The position numbers and the translations under genes are program-made. A stretch of DNA of 64,000 nt, taken from the NCBI GenBank assembly GCA_963703315.1, contig OY969811.1, forward strand, positions 32,001-96,000, read 5' to 3'. The first letter of the stretch is position 1, and every line of letters starts with the position of its first letter. Positions 60,387-64,000 of this stretch are shown piece after piece. Below the pieces are notes generated by a model. That model searched no databases, was not told where the DNA came from, and saw only the letters and a list, made by a program, of their open reading frames with translations. The stretch is from an uncultured cyanobacterium (lineage in GTDB: Bacteria > Cyanobacteriota > Cyanobacteriia > Pseudanabaenales > Pseudanabaenaceae).

Positions 60387-61340
60387 ATGTCATGGATCGA
60401 ATTAAACCTAGATACCACCAATGAAGCCGTCGATTGGGTCTATACTTTGCTGGCAAAGGCGATCGCTACTGAAGATATCCACATTAGTGAATATGAGGGA
60501 GATCCTGCAAAATGGACATTTACGATTCAAATGTACTTACCTGAAAATGCACGTATCCATCAACGGATCGATGAAATTGAGAAGATTCTCACGCCACTGC
60601 ATCGTACAGGTATGACCAGTAAATTACAAACTTTTGTCGTTCCTCAGAAACCAATCAGCATAGAATCAGGACAAAACGTACGAAACTCTTTGATTAGGCG
60701 GATCGGCGATCGCTTTGTGATTTTATGTGCTGACTCGGATTATCAAGCGCGTAATTCCCAAGAAATTATTCTCCAATTGCAAACTAGTCTTGCCTTTGGT
60801 AGTGGACTGCATCCTGCTACGATTCTCAGTTTACAGCTACTAGAACGCTATGTTGAACCCACCCTTTATACCCTCGATCTCGGCTCAGGCTCAGGAATTC
60901 TCAGCATTGCGATCGCAAAGTTAGGTGCGAAGGTGCTAGCGATCGATAATGATCCCATTGCTGTAGCTGCTACTCAAGATGCAGTGGAACGTAACCAAGT
61001 GACATCGCAGGTGCAAGTACAAGAAGCTAGCCTCGGTAGTGCCAGCCAACTAGGTCATTGGATGGGCGGTGATAGCATTGAATCGATAACGGCAATCGAG
61101 GCTAAGGGACAGTTCGATCTCATCGTCGCGAATATTTTTGCACGAGTGCATATTTCCCTCGCGCCTGAATTTTACAAAGCGTTACGTTCTACTTCCACTC
61201 ATTCAGGAATCTTAATTACCGCAGGCTATACCAGCGATCGCGCAGACAATGTGACTTCAGCCATGATTGAAGCTGGTTTTGAGGAATATGATCGCGCTCA
61301 AATTGATGAATGGACAGCGATCGCTTTTCGTACTTACTAG
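60387..61340 (+). CDS. prmA: Ribosomal protein L11 methyltransferase-like protein
   Basis: AFGSGLHPAT, LDLGSGSGILSI, IDNDP, FDLIVANI. Confidence 0.72.
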   Translation: MSWIELNLDTTNEAVDWVYTLLAKAIATEDIHISEYEGDPAKWTFTIQMYLPENARIHQRIDEIEKILTPLHRTGMTSKLQTFVVPQKPISIESGQNVRNSLIRRIGDRFVILCADSDYQARNSQEIILQLQTSLAFGSGLHPATILSLQLLERYVEPTLYTLDLGSGSGILSIAIAKLGAKVLAIDNDPIAVAATQDAVERNQVTSQVQVQEASLGSASQLGHWMGGDSIESITAIEAKGQFDLIVANIFARVHISLAPEFYKALRSTSTHSGILITAGYTSDRADNVTSAMIEAGFEEYDRAQIDEWTAIAFRTY

Positions 61341-61423
61341 CCAATTTACTGATCTCTCATAAAACTTGAGCGTAAACCCAAATTTGGGAATATGCTTTTT
61401 AATATAGAGATGGAAAACTTCCT

Positions 61424-61747
61424 ATGAACTATCTAAAACTACTACCAATATTGAGTATTTTTTGCTTTCCTACGATGGCGATCGCTCAATATCCGATTAT
61501 TTTTAATCACGTCAAATATATTTCTATCAGTCAAGATACTTGCACAAGGAGAGCTGAATTAGCTGCCAAAAACTCTGGCTTCGATAGCAACTTTGAGCCT
61601 CTGGCTAATGGAGCTTTTGGGGTCAATGGTCGATATAGCGTGTCAGTACGCTGTGAAGCTAATAAGGGGATTGTCTTTTTTGCTGTAGCAGGACCTGATA
61701 ATGCAACTGCACGTAACCTCGTTAAACGAGTACAAAGCGCTTTTTAA
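61424..61747 (+). CDS. Small secreted hypothetical protein
   Basis: Signal peptide ending AIA, two Cys in the mature part. Confidence 0.6.
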   Translation: MNYLKLLPILSIFCFPTMAIAQYPIIFNHVKYISISQDTCTRRAELAAKNSGFDSNFEPLANGAFGVNGRYSVSVRCEANKGIVFFAVAGPDNATARNLVKRVQSAF

Positions 61748-61966
61748 AGCCCAAAGAATTGCCGCGCAGAGTGCGGCAATTCTTTGGGCTTTAGGTTTGA
61801 CTTGTAATTGAACGTAACAATTTCTTAGACATGGCATAACACAAAAGGTTCGCTCAAACCTGATAATAGTAATTGACTAGGCTAGTAGCGATCGCTACTA
61901 ACTCAACTTATGTCTTACCTAAACTAAGTACCAGTTTAAAAATAGACTTTTCAAGTAAGCGAGTTA

Positions 61967-62009
61967 CAGAGTATTGTTTCCCCGCCTTTGGCGGGGAAAC
62001 AATACTCTG
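61967..62009. repeat. Triloop palindrome (C-TTT-G)
   Basis: Perfect 20-bp arms. Confidence 0.75.
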
Positions 62010-62077
62010 ATTAACTAGACTATGAAACGTTATATCTATTTTTAAACTTTCAATCGCAAAGAGGAGTTAAAAAATAT

Positions 62078-62305
62078 ATGGTGTATACCCCTTTGATTGG
62101 TTTCACTCTATTTGTCATCCTGTTTTTAGGAGTAGCATTTATGCTCAGTTATTTTTGGTGGGCTGATCGCTACAAAACTCCAGAAGTAATTGCCGCAGAA
62201 GTCATGCAGTTTTCCGAACAGTTCACTAACGCAGTATCAGTTTTTGCAGTAGGAATGCTAGCCTTTGGCATCATGCTCATATTTATTAACTTTTCCATCA
62301 AATAA
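62078..62305 (+). CDS. Small two-TM membrane protein
   Basis: RBS GAGGAG, 75 aa, two hydrophobic segments. Confidence 0.62.
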   Translation: MVYTPLIGFTLFVILFLGVAFMLSYFWWADRYKTPEVIAAEVMQFSEQFTNAVSVFAVGMLAFGIMLIFINFSIK

Positions 62306-62338
62306 ATAAGAAGGGCGTGCAAAGAACGCCCTTCTTAT

Positions 62339-62689
62339 TTATAAAAAACCTACTGCGCCACCAAGTAAAACACTCATCCCTGCGATCGCCACAGGATGAA
62401 CGATCAAAGCCCAAATATTGGGAATTCTGATCCCTTCGCACAGGGGAAATACTAAACGGGCGATCGCCGCATTCACAATTAAAAATATCACTGCCCATAA
62501 TGGGATCAAGCGCAAATTTAGCCCTGCTAGTACAAACCAAATCAGGATATTGGCGATCGCTACAGCGCCAACTCCCTGCACCCATCCTTTACCTGATTCA
62601 ATCGGGCGGTTAGGTGACATCCACACCAAACCTAACCAAGTCAGGCTTGCCAATAACCCACAGGCGATCGCATTGTAAAAAAGTTGCAT
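62339..62689 (-). CDS. Hypothetical membrane protein
   Basis: 116 aa, about four TM segments. Confidence 0.65.
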   Translation of the reverse strand: MQLFYNAIACGLLASLTWLGLVWMSPNRPIESGKGWVQGVGAVAIANILIWFVLAGLNLRLIPLWAVIFLIVNAAIARLVFPLCEGIRIPNIWALIVHPVAIAGMSVLLGGAVGFL

Positions 62690-62720
62690 ATATTTTGCGT
62701 CTCAAGGGCGACTTAACAAT

Positions 62721-63977
62721 TTATTCAATTCTGGCAGGAATTCCCTGACGGCGCAATTGTTCAATTCTTTGCTGAGCTGCATTCGGATCTCGGTAAGAAC
62801 CAACCTGTACTTGTCCATCGCTAGGTCTCACGTATGCATCTCGCTCAATCTGGCGAGCGTTAGATGCGTAGCTATTTTCCACAACTACACGATAGCTGCT
62901 GTTGTTATTAGGTGTAGTAGCTACGGGAGCAGGTGCAGATGATAGAGGTGCAGCATATTTCACCGCCGTATTACTACGGGGGGCGACATAGACCGTTGTG
63001 GGTACTACGGCTGGACTGGTGGCACGACTTACTGGGGCAGCAGTCGAACTTGTGGTACGAGGACTGCTTGATGAACTGCGTTGACTGGGTTCGCTATAGG
63101 TGGCGGCAGGAGGCTCCGTATAGGTTCTGCGAGGAGAAGATGCTGGTGGATTATAGCTTCTCTCTATAGGGGCTAGAACTGGTGGCAATGGTGCAACTGA
63201 AGTCGTCGGGAAAGATGATGAAGGTACAGTTCGCAGTGGTGGACTAGGAACAAAGGTCGTACTTGGGGCGAATAAAGCTGATGATTTTGAGGGATTAGTT
63301 AATGTGTTTTTTGCCGCAGAATCAGTTAACGGTTTGTTAGATTTCGTTAAACCATTAATTGCTTGATTGGATTGAGTTTTATCCCCTGCAAAAGGCACGA
63401 AAGATAAGCCTGTATCATTGGCTCTTTGCTGATTTTGTAAATTAATATCACTGCCTAAATCTGTATTTTTACCGTCAGTTTTACCATCAGTCTGGGCGGC
63501 TTTGGGGCGTGATTCAGGTTTAAAAAGTTTCATCACTCCTGATGGATCAACCATCAGATATCCGATCGCCGCACTAGAGCAGAGCAATAACAACAGCGAG
63601 ATAATTCCCACAGGATTCATCAAGCTGCGTAAAGCACTTTTTTCTTGCGGATATGGCGACTGGTAATTTTGATCAACTGAATCTTGATCGCGATCGGCAT
63701 AATGATCGGCATAGTCATTAGCAAAACTTTGCAAAATATCATCATCATCAGGTTCAGGTATTTTTGCCATTGGCGGTGAGTCTAGCTGCGTCGCATCGCC
63801 ATCAAAACTACTTAGGTTTTGAGCGTAGGCTAAAGGCTCATTGGAGACAACATTATTTGCACTATCAAATCCGCCGAGGTTATCGTTAAGATCTAGCCCT
63901 TTATATCTATGTAATTCTGCGGCAGAAATATTAATCGATGGCGATGACACCGTTCCTAAGTTTGGCATCACAGGCAT
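62721..63977 (-). CDS. SPOR-domain membrane protein (frame open to the window edge, possibly 5'-incomplete)
   Basis: One TM, Pro/Ser/Thr linker, C-terminal VQVGSYRDPNAAQQRIEQLRRQGIPARIE. Confidence 0.72.
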   Translation of the reverse strand: MPVMPNLGTVSSPSINISAAELHRYKGLDLNDNLGGFDSANNVVSNEPLAYAQNLSSFDGDATQLDSPPMAKIPEPDDDDILQSFANDYADHYADRDQDSVDQNYQSPYPQEKSALRSLMNPVGIISLLLLLCSSAAIGYLMVDPSGVMKLFKPESRPKAAQTDGKTDGKNTDLGSDINLQNQQRANDTGLSFVPFAGDKTQSNQAINGLTKSNKPLTDSAAKNTLTNPSKSSALFAPSTTFVPSPPLRTVPSSSFPTTSVAPLPPVLAPIERSYNPPASSPRRTYTEPPAATYSEPSQRSSSSSPRTTSSTAAPVSRATSPAVVPTTVYVAPRSNTAVKYAAPLSSAPAPVATTPNNNSSYRVVVENSYASNARQIERDAYVRPSDGQVQVGSYRDPNAAQQRIEQLRRQGIPARIE

Positions 63978-64000
63978 CTGAATGGTGCGCTGCTCATGCT

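Noticed and set aside
1..64000. tRNA, rRNA, transposase or integrase genes; HIP1 abundance as a novelty
   Set aside because: None of these genes was recognised by eye, and dispersed HIP1 is a well-known cyanobacterial trait

Overview
Cyanobacterial chromosome segment. The very frequent HIP1 octamer GCGATCGC, psbA, nrt/narB, STRR-like heptamers and dense intergenic palindromes suggest a filamentous, Pseudanabaena-like organism (inference). Core genes: nrtB-nrtD-nrtC-narB, murA, ffh, malic enzyme, leuC, trpS, ftrC, cobH/cobI/cobJ, ndk, riboflavin synthase, ribD, a wza-uxs-ugd cluster, ppk2, agmatine deiminase, and two inverted psbA copies encoding an identical D1 with Glu130. Two accessory regions stand out. 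(1) At 6.4-10.9 kb, a 164-aa ORF ends on a classic A_AAA_AAG -1 frameshift signal with an upstream SD and a downstream hairpin. The shift would fuse it to an NB-ARC/TPR (NLR-like) ORF that has no usable ATG. A TumE-type TA pair and a DUF29 gene split by a 220-bp MITE follow. (2) At 25-31 kb, ATPase, nuclease and TA genes are separated by related HIP1-bounded ~31-bp repeats, resembling a cassette array. The window also carries a large family of C-NNN-G triloop palindromes, some inside ~100-bp dispersed elements, and a ~145-bp element flanking trpS in inverted orientation. All family assignments come from motif recognition by eye, not from database searches.
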